In this document: positions 38,605 through 50,257 of the stretch, piece by piece | Position numbering within the stretch: the stretch's first letter is position 1 | Layout of the letters: each line of letters begins with the position of its first letter | NCBI GenBank assembly: GCA_035221665.1 | Contig: CM069163.1 | Coordinates: 21,266,001-21,330,000, forward strand | Length of the DNA: 64,000 nt | Direction: 5' to 3' | DNA from: Okamejei kenojei | Taxonomy: Eukaryota | Translations under genes and position numbers: made by a program | The notes under the pieces: model-generated | Told to the model about the DNA's origin: nothing | Database searches by the model: none | Seen by the model: only the letters and a program-made list of their open reading frames with translations

Positions 38605-38910
38605 TGTGTTTAGTTTGGATGTACAGTGCAGAACCAGGCCCTTCTGCCAAACGAGTCGCACCGACCCGCACATTAACACTACCCTACATACACTAGGAAC
38701 AATTTACATTAATACCAAGCCAATTAACCTACAAACCTGTACGCCTTTGGAGTGTGGGAGGAAACCAAAGTCCTCGGAGAAACGCGAAGCGGTCACAGGG
38801 AGAATGTACAAACTACGTACAGTCAGCACCCTTAGTCAGGATCGAACCCGCGTCTCCGGGGCTGAAAGCGCTGCAAGGCATCAATTCTACCTCTGCGCCA
38901 CCGTGCTACC
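38605..38910 (-). mobile_element. HE1-like SINE inserted in a CR1 3' fragment (about 38405-38955, + strand)
   Basis: caggatcgaaccc (B box, reverse complement) and gcgccaccgtg; flanks join as ggacaagttg|ggtcaaggggtctctttcc. Confidence 0.75.
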
Positions 38911-39217
38911 CTGGGTCAAGGGGTCTCTTTCCATGCTATATGACTCTGAATCTAAGATGTGATATGTGATCCAAGAGGAAGGGATATAGGTGGAAGGGGA
39001 TGAGGATAAAGGTAGGCGGGATTGTGGAAGAAATGGGTATGCATCCAATTGGAGGGGAGTATTTGTTGCAGATAAATAAATAAACTAACAGAAGTGTTTC
39101 TCAAAGGTACAATGGCCTTGTCAGAGTTTTTGTGCCATCTTGACTACATCCTGCTGCTGAACTGCTCCATCTGGTGGCCACAGTGAATATGAATTATTAA
39201 AAATGGTGAAGAAACCA

Positions 39218-39425
39218 GCTGTCTGTACAGAGTTCGTACGTTCGGCCCGTTACCGCGTGGGTTTCGCCCGAGTGCTCCAGTTTCCTCCCACACTCCAAAG
39301 ATGTATAGGTTTGCAGAATAATTTGGCTTTGGTAAGAATTGTAAATTGTCCCTAGTGTGTAGGATAGTGTTAGTGTACAGGGATCGCAGATTCGGCGTGC
39401 TATATCTCTAAAAACTAATAACTAA
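39218..39425 (+). mobile_element. HE1-like SINE, 5'-truncated
   Basis: accgcgtgggtttc..tttcctcccacactccaaag..tgtaaattgtccctagtgtg. Confidence 0.75.
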
Positions 39426-39974
39426 AGTTGAGAAATGAATTGATTAAATATAGAAATTGATTTTCCAAATTCTTCTTAATTACAATGTTTCTGTCGTGCC
39501 TACTGACATAATTAATCTTATAGACTAATGAGTAATTATCAAACCACAGAGGTGATGTATTACAAATATCGTTCTAAAAATATACTATATTTTAATATGT
39601 TGTTGTTGCTCAAGATAACTGCACTGTATTCAGAATTAAAGAACAGAATGCCAGGACAGATTTTTTTTGTCAGGAATATGTTAGCTTTGTATTTGCATTG
39701 TGGTATTGGTACACTGAGGTGTCAGTAAATAGGCTCCTTGTGTGCCTCTCCACATGTGGAATCCTATTTACTGACAAAAATGACATCCAGTAACGTTACC
39801 TAAGGTCTCTGTGATCAGAAACCAGGTACTTTCAACACAGAAGTAAAAGGGGTAGCTGGACCACAAACTGTTTTACCAACTGACTATGTTTTACAATGTT
39901 TTCATCCAAGAAAAGTAGCTTGGCAAAGGACTGATTGGAAATAGAGAGAGGAATGTAATGTAATGTAAAAACAT

Positions 39975-40140
39975 GGAACTGCAGATGCTGGTTTACAAAA
40001 AAATCACAAAATGGTGGAATAACTCAGCAGGTTAGTCAGCATTCCTGGAGAACAGTCGAAGAAGGGTCCCGATCCAAAAACGGCAACTATCCATTCTCCA
40101 GGGATGGTGCCTGATCCACTGATTTACTTTAGCACTTTGA
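39975..40140. mobile_element. Second inverted pair of pLTR fragments, degenerate
   Basis: Minus piece 39975-40053 abuts plus piece gtcgaagaagggtcccgatccaaaaacggc..ctccagggatggtgcctgatcc. Confidence 0.6.
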
Positions 40141-40861
40141 GTAATAAACCTCAACTTGTTTGCACAGTTTTCAAAGACAAAGCGTGGTATGGTTAGACAG
40201 CATTGACCAATTTTATGCAGATTTCTGAGTGCGATATCTTTGGTCGTTAATGAGGATTGACTTACCGGTACAGGAACTTTATATAACCTTGTACTTTTTT
40301 TCCCATTGTCCCGCTTACAAATGTGATGTCAGTTGCAGACTGACTCCCAAAGTCTGTTTCTGATGAGACTTTCAACCACCTTGGTTAAAATCACCAATGG
40401 TGGGTTTCCATGGAGGAAGAAAGAGCATTTGATAATGATGAAGCCACAAAATTAGTTCAAGGGGTCAGGCACATTTCCCAACAGTAGAGGACAGAATGCT
40501 GCACCACTGTTTGCCAAAGGCATCAAACAAATTGACTCAAACTGTGATACCATTTACCACATTCTCAGGTAATTTCAGCAAAATTCAGTGGCTACAAATG
40601 CCAACATTTTGCAAACAAGAAGCACTTCCATCGTCAACAGATGAGAAATGAGTAAAATAAAAATGGAGAAAGACCTCTGACAAAACACATGGTGTTCATG
40701 GTAAAACTTGCCAGACCATCTATACTTTTATGATTGCCTGTACTTTTGGGAGCTCTGCACTCTATCCCTTTAGGCTCTTTGAAAGTAGAAATGCAAAGGA
40801 CACATTTATGAAAAATCTGGTAGAAATGTAGCCTTTTTGCACTAAATGTGTGTACAACAAG

Positions 40862-41476
40862 TGTCATGTTGGCCTTCATAGCGAGAGGATAGGAGCAAGG
40901 AGGTCCTACTGCAGTTGTACACGTCCCTGGTGAGACCACACCAGGAGTATTGAGTGCAGTTTTGGTTTCCTAAGTCGAGGAAGGACATTCTTGCTATTGA
41001 GGGAGTGCAGCGTAGGTTCACCAGGTTAATTCCCGGGATGGTGGGACTGACATACTGTATGATAAAATAATGGATTGACTGGGATTATATTCACTGGAAT
41101 TTAGAAGGATGAGAGGGTATCTTATAGAAACATATAAAATTCTTAAGAGATTGGACAGACTAGATGTAGGAAAAATGTTCCTGATGGTGGGGGAGTCCAG
41201 AACCAGGGGTCACAGTTTAAGAATAAGGGGTAGGCCATTTAAGACTGAGATGAGGAATATTTTTTTCACCCAGAGAGTTGTGAATCTGTGGAATTCTCTG
41301 CCACAGAAGGGGTTGGAGGCCAATTCACTGGATGTATTCAAGAGAGAGTTGGATATAGCTCTTAGGGCTAATGGAATAAAGGGATATGGGGAAAAAGCAG
41401 GAACGGGGAACTGATTTTGGATGATCATCCATGATCATATCAAATGACCTACTTCTGCACCTATTTTCTATGTTTC
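40862..41476 (+). mobile_element. CR1 LINE 3' fragment
   Basis: ORF 41109..41414: MRGYLIETYKI..RTRGHSL..FFTQRVVNLWNSLP. Confidence 0.88.
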
Positions 41477-43321
41477 AATAATAATGGGTCTCAGCAGGAG
41501 CAGCATCCAGAAATTCTGAAGAATAAATTCCTAATGTTCGGGTGATTCTGACTGACTGCAGAACACTTATCTTAAGTGACACTTGAAGTTTGCTGGGTAA
41601 CCAAACACAAGTGCCTGTGCTGCTCTCAACGTACTTTGAGTCACCCTAACTCTCAGAAATCTTGTCTCACAATTCTTGCAGTCTGTATCTTCTGACATAT
41701 GATACTTTGCTGCTCCATTGGGTAGTTTCTGATTTTTCATCAAACCTGGAAGGAGTATTTGACTACATTGCCGGACCTCCAACATTTTAAGCATTCATAA
41801 TGGCTAATCATGTCCTTCCATTTACCTCTCTGACAACTTCCATGCACATGTGCCTCTTTCTGATGGAAGTTAGCTTCTGAACATACTGTTCTTAAGAGGT
41901 TTTTGCGAGTTCATCTATCTTGTCAGGATCACTCTCCAGCCCCTGTCCTTTTAATGTACAATGCACTCGTACACAGCTATCACCCTCCTGGTTGTATTAT
42001 GTTGTCTTTTCAGGGTTACTTGCTACAGTCAAGGTTTTGAAGAAAGTTATCATCATTGTTAACATAACATGCAATGTTCTTAAAATGGAACCCATTTAGT
42101 GCTGCTTTGGAACTGCTACTAATGAATTTCATGACCTTTTGAAACAGATTACCAGTGCTGTTTTAAAGCCAGGAAACACTACAGACACATTTTTGGTCTA
42201 TGTTTTGTCTTCTGGGTAGATTAGAATTATATTACATCATCTAAATCTTATTTAACAATAGCCTAGTTGAATAGAGGGGTAGATAGTTGATTAGCAGCCA
42301 AATTACTTACAAATGTACTGTATGAGTATACAATTTATGTGCTATACACTAGTTCAGCGACACTTGTTTATCCTGATGTATAGAATTAATGTTTATTTGG
42401 CAAGGTAATAGTTAATCTGCTGGTCACAGCATTCATCTGATAAATTTAATGGAATCAATCCAACAGGAAGGGCTAAGATTAGGAATACAATTATTTTAGA
42501 ATTCTATATTTATCTGCCAAAACTGGAACTGTTACAGCATAAACAACATCTAGAATTCAAAACTGATAAAATGGGCATTAGATAATGGAGAGCTGCTGCC
42601 AATAATAAATATTAGATAATGTTTGCTTTTATCCTATAACATACAGTTCGGTCTATGTAACTACAACTGGAATTAAATCATGTGATCTTATTCTTAAACC
42701 CAATATGCAGCGAAGGGGGAATGTTTACACCGTAATTCAGCACACAGTGATTTCCTGATTTTTATTTTTCCCTGCATCTAGTGGTACATATCAAACCGAG
42801 ACCAGTGTTTTCTCCGTGAAAAAGTGAGGGGACTTTTTTTGTCCATAATTGTTCTTATACTCGGGTATTCCTCTTAGCCAATTACTTTAAAACAGTGTAA
42901 AGGGCCAGATACCCTGATTCCCAGCAATGAGGAGACCGAAAGCAAGACCAAGTTAGCATTCAAATCTGGTCCAAAATCTGGAATATAAAAAGGAAATGCG
43001 AGGGAAGATTATTATGGCCCCGATTTTGCTGAAAAACGTCAATAACCAATGCATATTGTTACTGATGTGCAACTCATCTCGCAGTGTGTGGTATGTGAAC
43101 CACTGTGTTGCTGGCTAACTTGCACATTTCCACCTGAAGATTTCTAAAATTTGCATGAGTAATCTCACAATGCACACTAATTTCCCTTAAAAGTTGCTAA
43201 ATTGTTAAAATGTATGATGAACATAGTAAGCACCCATTGACATGATCATTGTTACTGCTTGATAAACATTTTATTTTACTTGGAATGTGAAAAGTGATTC
43301 TCATTCCGCAGATTGTGTTGA

Positions 43322-43413
43322 ACACAACGTGCTGGACTAACTCAGCAGGTCAGGCAGCATCTACAGAGGACATGGATATGGGATTTTTCGAGTCAGGACT
43401 CTTCTTCAAACTG
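43322..43413 (-). mobile_element. Degenerate pLTR fragment
   Basis: gctggactaactcagcaggtcaggcagcatct..tttcgagtcaggactcttcttcaaactg. Confidence 0.6.
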
Positions 43414-45459
43414 TACATTTATTACCCCTAAAACTTCAAATTGTGAATTTTTTAAAGAGATTTTAAAATGTAAATGATTAAATTTTTTTTTTTTTCATTT
43501 CTGTTACTTTTCTGTTTCTACCATCCATTCTTTCTGTACCTCAAATGTTTTTTTGTAAGGTATTTGCCATTAATTTAATTAACTAATTCAGTCCTTCCCT
43601 CCCTTATTGTTCAATATGTAAGTGGACTAAAGAGAGAAACAATTTGCTGCAACAGTCACCACGTTTATCATCATCCTTTTGTCTTCATGTCGTGTCATCA
43701 GATTATGCTTCTGATATTTTTGTCGACAAATTGAATGTTCAAAATTAAATTTGTACATACGCCTTTAACTAAAGGCACATGGCAGTCTCATTGCCACAAA
43801 ATCTGAACCAATAGAGTTTTTTTTAAATTATGAAAATTTGTAGTTTTACTAAAACAAACATTTTAATTTTTCTTTCCCAATTTATCCACCATTTAATGAC
43901 ATATTGTGGTCATCCCTTTGATGAGAATGCTGAAAAGCTAATCTTACGCAATGAGATTATCATCTGCCGTGATTGGTACAGTTAACATGAGTATATTTAG
44001 TAAAATATGGTTTGTATTTGTAGAAGTTGAAATTTGGAATATAACTAATTACAATCACATTGACTAAATTCATTCCAATTTATTTGGTATTAGTATGGAT
44101 TATTACATTGTGGAACTGAGGTACATGAAAATATTGTTCATATTTATTGGTATGGCTCCTTTGGAGCTTTCATCTCAGTATTGCCATCTGGATGGAATTG
44201 GGTTAAAAATGGGCAAACTTACTACTTTCTGCTCAGTGGACTAAAAGCAGAGATAGCTATAAAACTGTGCAACTGAGAAATAACTTGCAGACATTCTGAG
44301 TGAAAGCAGCCATAAGACATCACATAGATGATGTGTTGTCAACATATGGTGCATACAGGTTATTGTGATAAATTATTTCCACCAATTGGCATACATACAA
44401 GGTAAGATACCATTGTGAATTCCCTTTAATTCATGTATTTTTGCACTCTGCACTGCCAAACCACTCCTAACCACATTCAGACTGCATATGGAAGGTTAAC
44501 TGAATGCAGCTTAAGACTTTTGTGTCAATAAACTTCTCAGTTCATAGCCTGAAGTTGTGAATGTAAGTTTAGCTGCCCACCCAGAAATGCTAAAGAAGGA
44601 TTTTTAATACCAGTGGCTATTTTTAAAACAGTTGAATCTGTTTACCCGATATGTTTTAAATATGTTGATAATTGCTGTGGGAGTGAGGGCATTCCCCCTC
44701 TGCCCACTGGAACCTGAACACACATTCTGTGTATTTACTGTCTCTTGGCCAATGTAGCTAGAAAAACGGAATATAGATGTTTCAGTCTACATTTGCCAGA
44801 AAGAGGTCTGGCACATAACAGTCAAAGTGAATTAAAAGACACAGAAATATTTATTGAAAGCAGTTTCCTTCACAGGAAATGGCAGCAAAATGAAGGTTGC
44901 ACTGATGGCCAGTCATAGATGTTAGAAAAAAACATTTCTCACTGAACACCAATTTTTATTTCCCACAGATATATACTGAAAATTTGGTTCTGTACTTTTA
45001 AATGAATGAACACGTACTTAAGAATTTTTTCCAAATATAAAAGGCAAAATCTGCACATTATCCCACATTTAAAGATGCTATCTACTCCAATTTAAAATAT
45101 AATATATTTATTTTGGTTAGTCATGTCTTCCAACCTATCCAAATATGAATTTGGTGTAATAGGTGTAATTGTGCATTGTGACGAGGTTAGTTCATGTACA
45201 TAAGACTCGATGACTGTCCGCTTCTAATTTATTTGTGTGCAGTATTTTCTTAAACAATTATTTTCTTCATCTAATTTATTCAAATTGCTGCTTTTAGAAG
45301 TCTGCATGAAATCCATTTCATGTGCATATCCTGTGTGGTAGTTGTAAACTGCCAACCACTTGCTTTGTGAGTGGCAGGCTAGATAAAACATTAAAGATGT
45401 ATTGAACGTCCAGTTGTTGGAAAAAATGGGGCATATTGTGACTGAACAATTTAAGGGTT

Positions 45460-45655
45460 TCAAGGTCAGTTTATTGTCACATGTACCAATTAAGGTACAG
45501 TGAAAAAATAGTTACCATAGAACCATACTAAGTGAAAAGCAACAAGACACACAACCACATAAAAGTCAACGTAAACATCTTCCATCACAGTGAGGAATGT
45601 GGAATTCACTGTGATGGAAGGCAATAAAGTTCAATCTTCTTCCTCTTGTTTGCAT
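45460..45655 (-). mobile_element. Probable Rex1/Babar-type LINE 3' UTR fragment
   Basis: caaggtcagtttattgtcacatgt..gtgaaa resembles the tail at 62485-62530. Confidence 0.5.
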
Positions 45656-45734
45656 TACCATTTGGAATATATTCAGTTTAAATAACTAATTGATGTCCTG
45701 TAGCTTCTGTTTTGAAACATTTTATGTACAGTTC

Positions 45735-46000
45735 CTGAAAAGTGGCTTCACAAGTAGATAGGGTGGTCAAGAAGGCTTTTGGCACATTGACCTTCATCAG
45801 TCAGTGCATTGAGTATAGAAGTTGGAACGTCATGTTACAGTTGTACAGGACATCGGTGAGGCCACATTTGGAGTATTGTGTACAGTTTTGGTCATCCTGT
45901 TATAGGAAAGATGTTGTTAAGATGGAAAGGGTGCAGAAAAGACTAACAAGGATGTTGCCAGGACTCGAGGGTTGGAACTATAGGGAGAGGTTGAGCAGCC
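45735..46000 (+). mobile_element. CR1 fragment truncated by a DNA transposon insertion
   Basis: ORF 45742: QVDRVVKKAFGTL..LYRTSVRPHLEYCVQFWS..ERVQKRLTRMLPGL. Confidence 0.85.
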
Positions 46001-46003
46001 TAA

Positions 46004-47980
46004 TGCCCCTGTCACACTTAAGCCCCTGTCCCACTTATGCCCCTGTCCCACTTAGGAAACCTGAACGGAAACCTCTGGAGACCGTGTGCCCCACCCAAGG
46101 TTTCCATGAGTTTCCCGGGGGTTCCGGTCACTCTCCATGAGTCGCCAGAGGTTCTGGTCAATTGCCTGGAGAGCCTCAACCGAAGCGCGAGCTGCATCNN
46201 NNNNNNNNNNNNNNNNNNNNNNNNNNNNNNNNNNNNNNNNNNNNNNNNNNNNNNNNNNNNNNNNNNNNNNNNNNNNNNNNNNNNNNNNNNNNNNNNNNNN
46301 NNNNNNNNNNNNNNNNNNNNNNNNNNNNNNNNNNNNNNNNNNNNNNNNNNNNNNNNNNNNNNNNNNNNNNNNNNNNNNNNNNNNNNNNNNNNNNNNNNNN
46401 NNNNNNNNNNNNNNNNNNNNNNNNNNNNNNNNNNNNNNNNNNNNNNNNNNNNNNNNNNNNNNNNNNNNNNNNNNNNNNNNNNNNNNNNNNNNNNNNNNNN
46501 NNNNNNNNNNNNNNNNNNNNNNNNNNNNNNNNNNNNNNNNNNNNNNNNNNNNNNNNNNNNNNNNNNNNNNNNNNNNNNNNNNNNNNNNNNNNNNNNNNNN
46601 NNNNNNNNNNNNNNNNNNNNNNNNNNNNNNNNNNNNNNNNNNNNNNNNNNNNNNNNNNNNNNNNNNNNNNNNNNNNNNNNNNNNNNNNNNNNNNNNNNNN
46701 NNNNNNNNNNNNNNNNNNNNNNNNNNNNNNNNNNNNNNNNNNNNNNNNNNNGATGAGCATTTTCTGCATGTGAAGAAGAAAGTAAACGGCTGCCACAGAG
46801 CATGGTAAATCCTTTAGAGAGGGAGAGAAGGAGTGGAGACAGTTTTAGGAAGTTTAATAAAGTTAGCGGGCATTTTACCTTCCGGCGGATCTTCTAGGTT
46901 CTGAAAACCAAATAAGATTTCTTTGCCAAAAACTCCAATGAGCCAATCAGAATGGCCGGTCAGTGAAGGCCTTCAACTGGCTGTAAGTAAAAATGCGACC
47001 CCACTACTGGCTTCAACAAAACAGCAACCTATTTTTAGTTGCGGCCGGTTTTGTTTTTTTTTAAATAATCGCAGGAACGTAGCAGAAGCCGCAATTACGC
47101 GGAATCCACTTTCCACAATTAGGGAGAGTGACAGGAACCTCATGGAAACCTTGGGTGGGGCGCAAGGTCTCCAGAGGTTTCCGTTCAGGTTTCTAAAATG
47201 GGAAGATCCGCCGGAAGGTAAAATGCCTGCTAACTTTATTAAACTTATTAAAACTGTCTCCACTCTTCTCCCCCCCGTCCTCTCCCCTTCTCCCCCATTC
47301 TCCTCCCTTCTGTCTCCCCTTCTCTCTCCCCTTCTCTCTCCCCTTCTCTCTCCCCTTCTCTCTCCCCTACTCTGTCCTTCTCTCCCTCTCTCCCGCGCTG
47401 TCTAAATGACTTACCGTGCTCTGTGGCAGCCGTTTACTTTCTTCTTCAACACGCAGAAAGCGCTCCTCCGCCGTCCCTGGCCCCACCTTCGCGATGTGTT
47501 TGTGTGTGTGTGCGCGGTCGGCAGCGAAGATCCTAACTTTGGTCAGTAGATGCAGCTCACGCTTCGGTTGAGGCTCTCCAGGCAATTGACCAGAACCTCT
47601 GGTGACTCATGGAGAGTGACCGGAACCTCTGGGAAGCTCACGGAAACCTTGGGTGGGGCACACGGTCTCCAGAGGTTTCCGTTCAGGTTTCCTAAGTGGG
47701 ACAGGGGCTTTAGGAAACCTGAATGGAAACCTCTGGAGACTTTGCGCTCCACCCAAGGTTTCCGTGCGGTTCCCGGAGGTTTTTGTCAGTCTCCCTAATG
47801 GTCGAAAGTGGTATCCGCTTCTTCTATGTTACGGCGATTATTTCAAAAAATTCAAAACCGGCCGCAACTAAAAATAGGTTGCCGTTTTAAAAATAGGTAA
47901 TTTTTTAGTCAAAGCCGGTTGCGATGCTAGTTGAAGGTGGTTGCCGGAGGTTGCAGGTAGTGGAAGGTAAGACCTCCCTG
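46004..47980. mobile_element. Nested cluster of non-autonomous PIF/Harbinger-like elements
   Basis: TIR start WGCCCCTGTCCCAC occurs three times (46004 with one mismatch, 46021, 46038), each preceded by TAA or TTA. Matching right end GTGGGACAGGGGCT ends at 47709 and is followed by TTA. Internal inverted repeats pair 46770-46895 with 47200-47450. Confidence 0.8.
46199..46751. other. Assembly gap (553 N)
   Basis: N run. Confidence 1.
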
Positions 47981-48934
47981 GTGGAATAAAACTGGGTGAA
48001 AAAAAGGTCTTCGCAGTCCACAAGAACCTGAGAAATTAGAGCAAGAGTAGACTGCATAGTCCGTGCAATCAACTGTTGCCTCACTGATCACTGTGTTTCC
48101 GATTCATTACTTTAGCTAATGAAGAAATTGAAAGTTTGGATTATTTGCAGGATATCTGTTATGCTACATTACAATAGATATAGGTTTTGAGAATCTATAA
48201 ATTAATATACCTCATAACATGTAATAAATACCGTGAGGGCATTTTAATCCTTTTAATTTGGAATGGATTTATTGATGAAAGACCTTCTCAACTCATGGGC
48301 ATGTGCTTGAATCCAACTGAGAATGACAGAATATGTTTCCTTTTTCCTGCTTTTTATGAACCTATGTAAAATGGGCTTGAATAGCCTACACGCAGCAAAG
48401 TTCACCTTCTGTTGGTATCACATGTACGTCACAGAATATTGTGTAGTTCCCCAAACACTATCTTTAAAAATATCGCAGCATAGTTTGAAAGAGTAGATCA
48501 TAATGGTGTTGTGGCCTGTAACCTCCATATTGTGGTTAAGGTGCATGATAGGAATGGAAGAGGGAACTTTGTTCTCCATCTGACTCAGATATACCCAGCA
48601 TAAGAGTGCTCAGCACTGACACTACTGTCATAAAGTGGAAAACTGGGACAGTAGACCTGGCTGTATGTAACAGGATATAATTAACATTTGATCTTGTGGT
48701 AGATTCACAAGAGAATAATAATTGCAAAATATAAAATGTTATAACTAATTTGCAAGTGAGAAACATAGATCTGAAACTGGCATCCTGAATTTAAATAAAG
48801 GTAATTACACAAAGATATGAAAACAGAGTGGACACTGAAAATTAATTAGTGTGCTGGTAAGAATACATCCACCGTGTATATTAGTCTCCTTATTTAAGGA
48901 CGGATATAAATGTATTGGGAACAATTTGCAATAA

Positions 48935-49080
48935 CGCAGCTGGTAGAGCTACTGTCTCCCAACGCCAGGGATCCGGGTTCAATTCGGACCTCAGGTTCTA
49001 TCTGAATTAAGTTTGTATGTTCTCCCTATGACTATGTGCGTTTCCTCTAGCTGCTCTGGTTTCCCCCCACATCTCAAAGG
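48935..49080 (+). mobile_element. HE1-like SINE 5' fragment
   Basis: cgcagctggtagagct..ccgggttcaatt (A and B boxes). Confidence 0.65.
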
Positions 49081-49239
49081 CGGAACAAATCAGGGTCGGC
49101 AACAGATGACCAAGAAAGGGTGGAGCCCATTATAGCCCATTAATGGCTGGTAATGAGGTGATATTGAAGGGATACAAGAATGCATACAGTGGAACTAGTA
49201 GGACCACGAAGGTGGGGGAGGGTGAGGAGAGAGGTAATA

Positions 49240-49880
49240 TCATGACCAAAACTGAACACAATATTCCAAATGAGGCCTCACCAATGTCCTGTACATCTGT
49301 ATCATGACATCCCATCTTCTATTGAGAGCCCTGCCATTCACAGTGTGAGTCCTGCCCTGGTTAGACTTCCCAAAATGCAACACCTTGCACTTCTCTGCAT
49401 TAAACTCCATCATTCAAACCTCAGCCTACCTTCCAAAATGATCAAGATCTTGCTGCAATTTTGGATAATCATCGCTAGCTACAATACCACCCACTTTAAA
49501 GTCATTTGAAAACTTGTACGTTTTGTACGTTTTCATCCAAATCATTGATATAGCAATGGTCCCAGCACCAACCCTGAGGCACATCACTAGGCCTCCAGTC
49601 TGAAAAACAGCCTTCCACAATCATCCTCTGCTTCAACAGTCACACTTTTTAAATAATATTCTGCTTTTCACACACTTATCCAAACGATAAGTCTTCTGCA
49701 GTTTTACCACCTTTTTAACCTGCCAAATATTGTACTTCTCCATTTTTTTTGCTTCTTTGCTTCCTCCATTTCGGGAAAAACAGACTCAACCTCTCCAGTT
49801 TCTCCTCATAACTGAAATGCTCCATCCCAGGCAACACCCAGTGAATTGCCTCTGCACCCTCTCCAGCACTACAATATCTT
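49240..49880 (-). mobile_element. Degenerate CR1 fragments
   Basis: gaccaaaactgaacacaatattccaaatgaggcctcacca; LQQDLD in ORF 49426..49620. Confidence 0.65.
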
Positions 49881-50203
49881 TAACTGCCTAATATGGTTTT
49901 CTAAATGAAAGGCTGTTTATAAAATCACCAGTTTCCTCCCATATCCCAGATGCATGGGTAAACAGGTCACTGTAGATAGCCAGGATTACGTAGTTGAGTA
50001 CTAAAAATAAAGTGGGATTGTTGCAGGATGAATGTACAGGGTGAGTGATTCTCGACGAGGACTTGACAGCATGTTGGGTAGTCACGATACTGTACGACTC
50101 TTGAGTTATAATTAAACCGCTTAACTGCTCAAAAGCTGAGCAATTGTTTGAAATGTGCATATTCTTAATTGAATTCACGTATTTTTCCTCTTTTGATTCT
50201 CAG

Positions 50204-50257
50204 GGTCACCCAGGGCCTCCAGGAGACCTAGGCCCTCCTGGACCAATTGGACCCCCA
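50204..50257 (+). CDS. Collagen exon, 54 bp: GHPGPPGDLGPPGPIGPP
   Basis: Acceptor cttttgattctcag, donor gtaagt. Confidence 0.95.

Noticed and set aside
46018-46808. ORFs over 200 aa
   Set aside because: Mostly translated N gap
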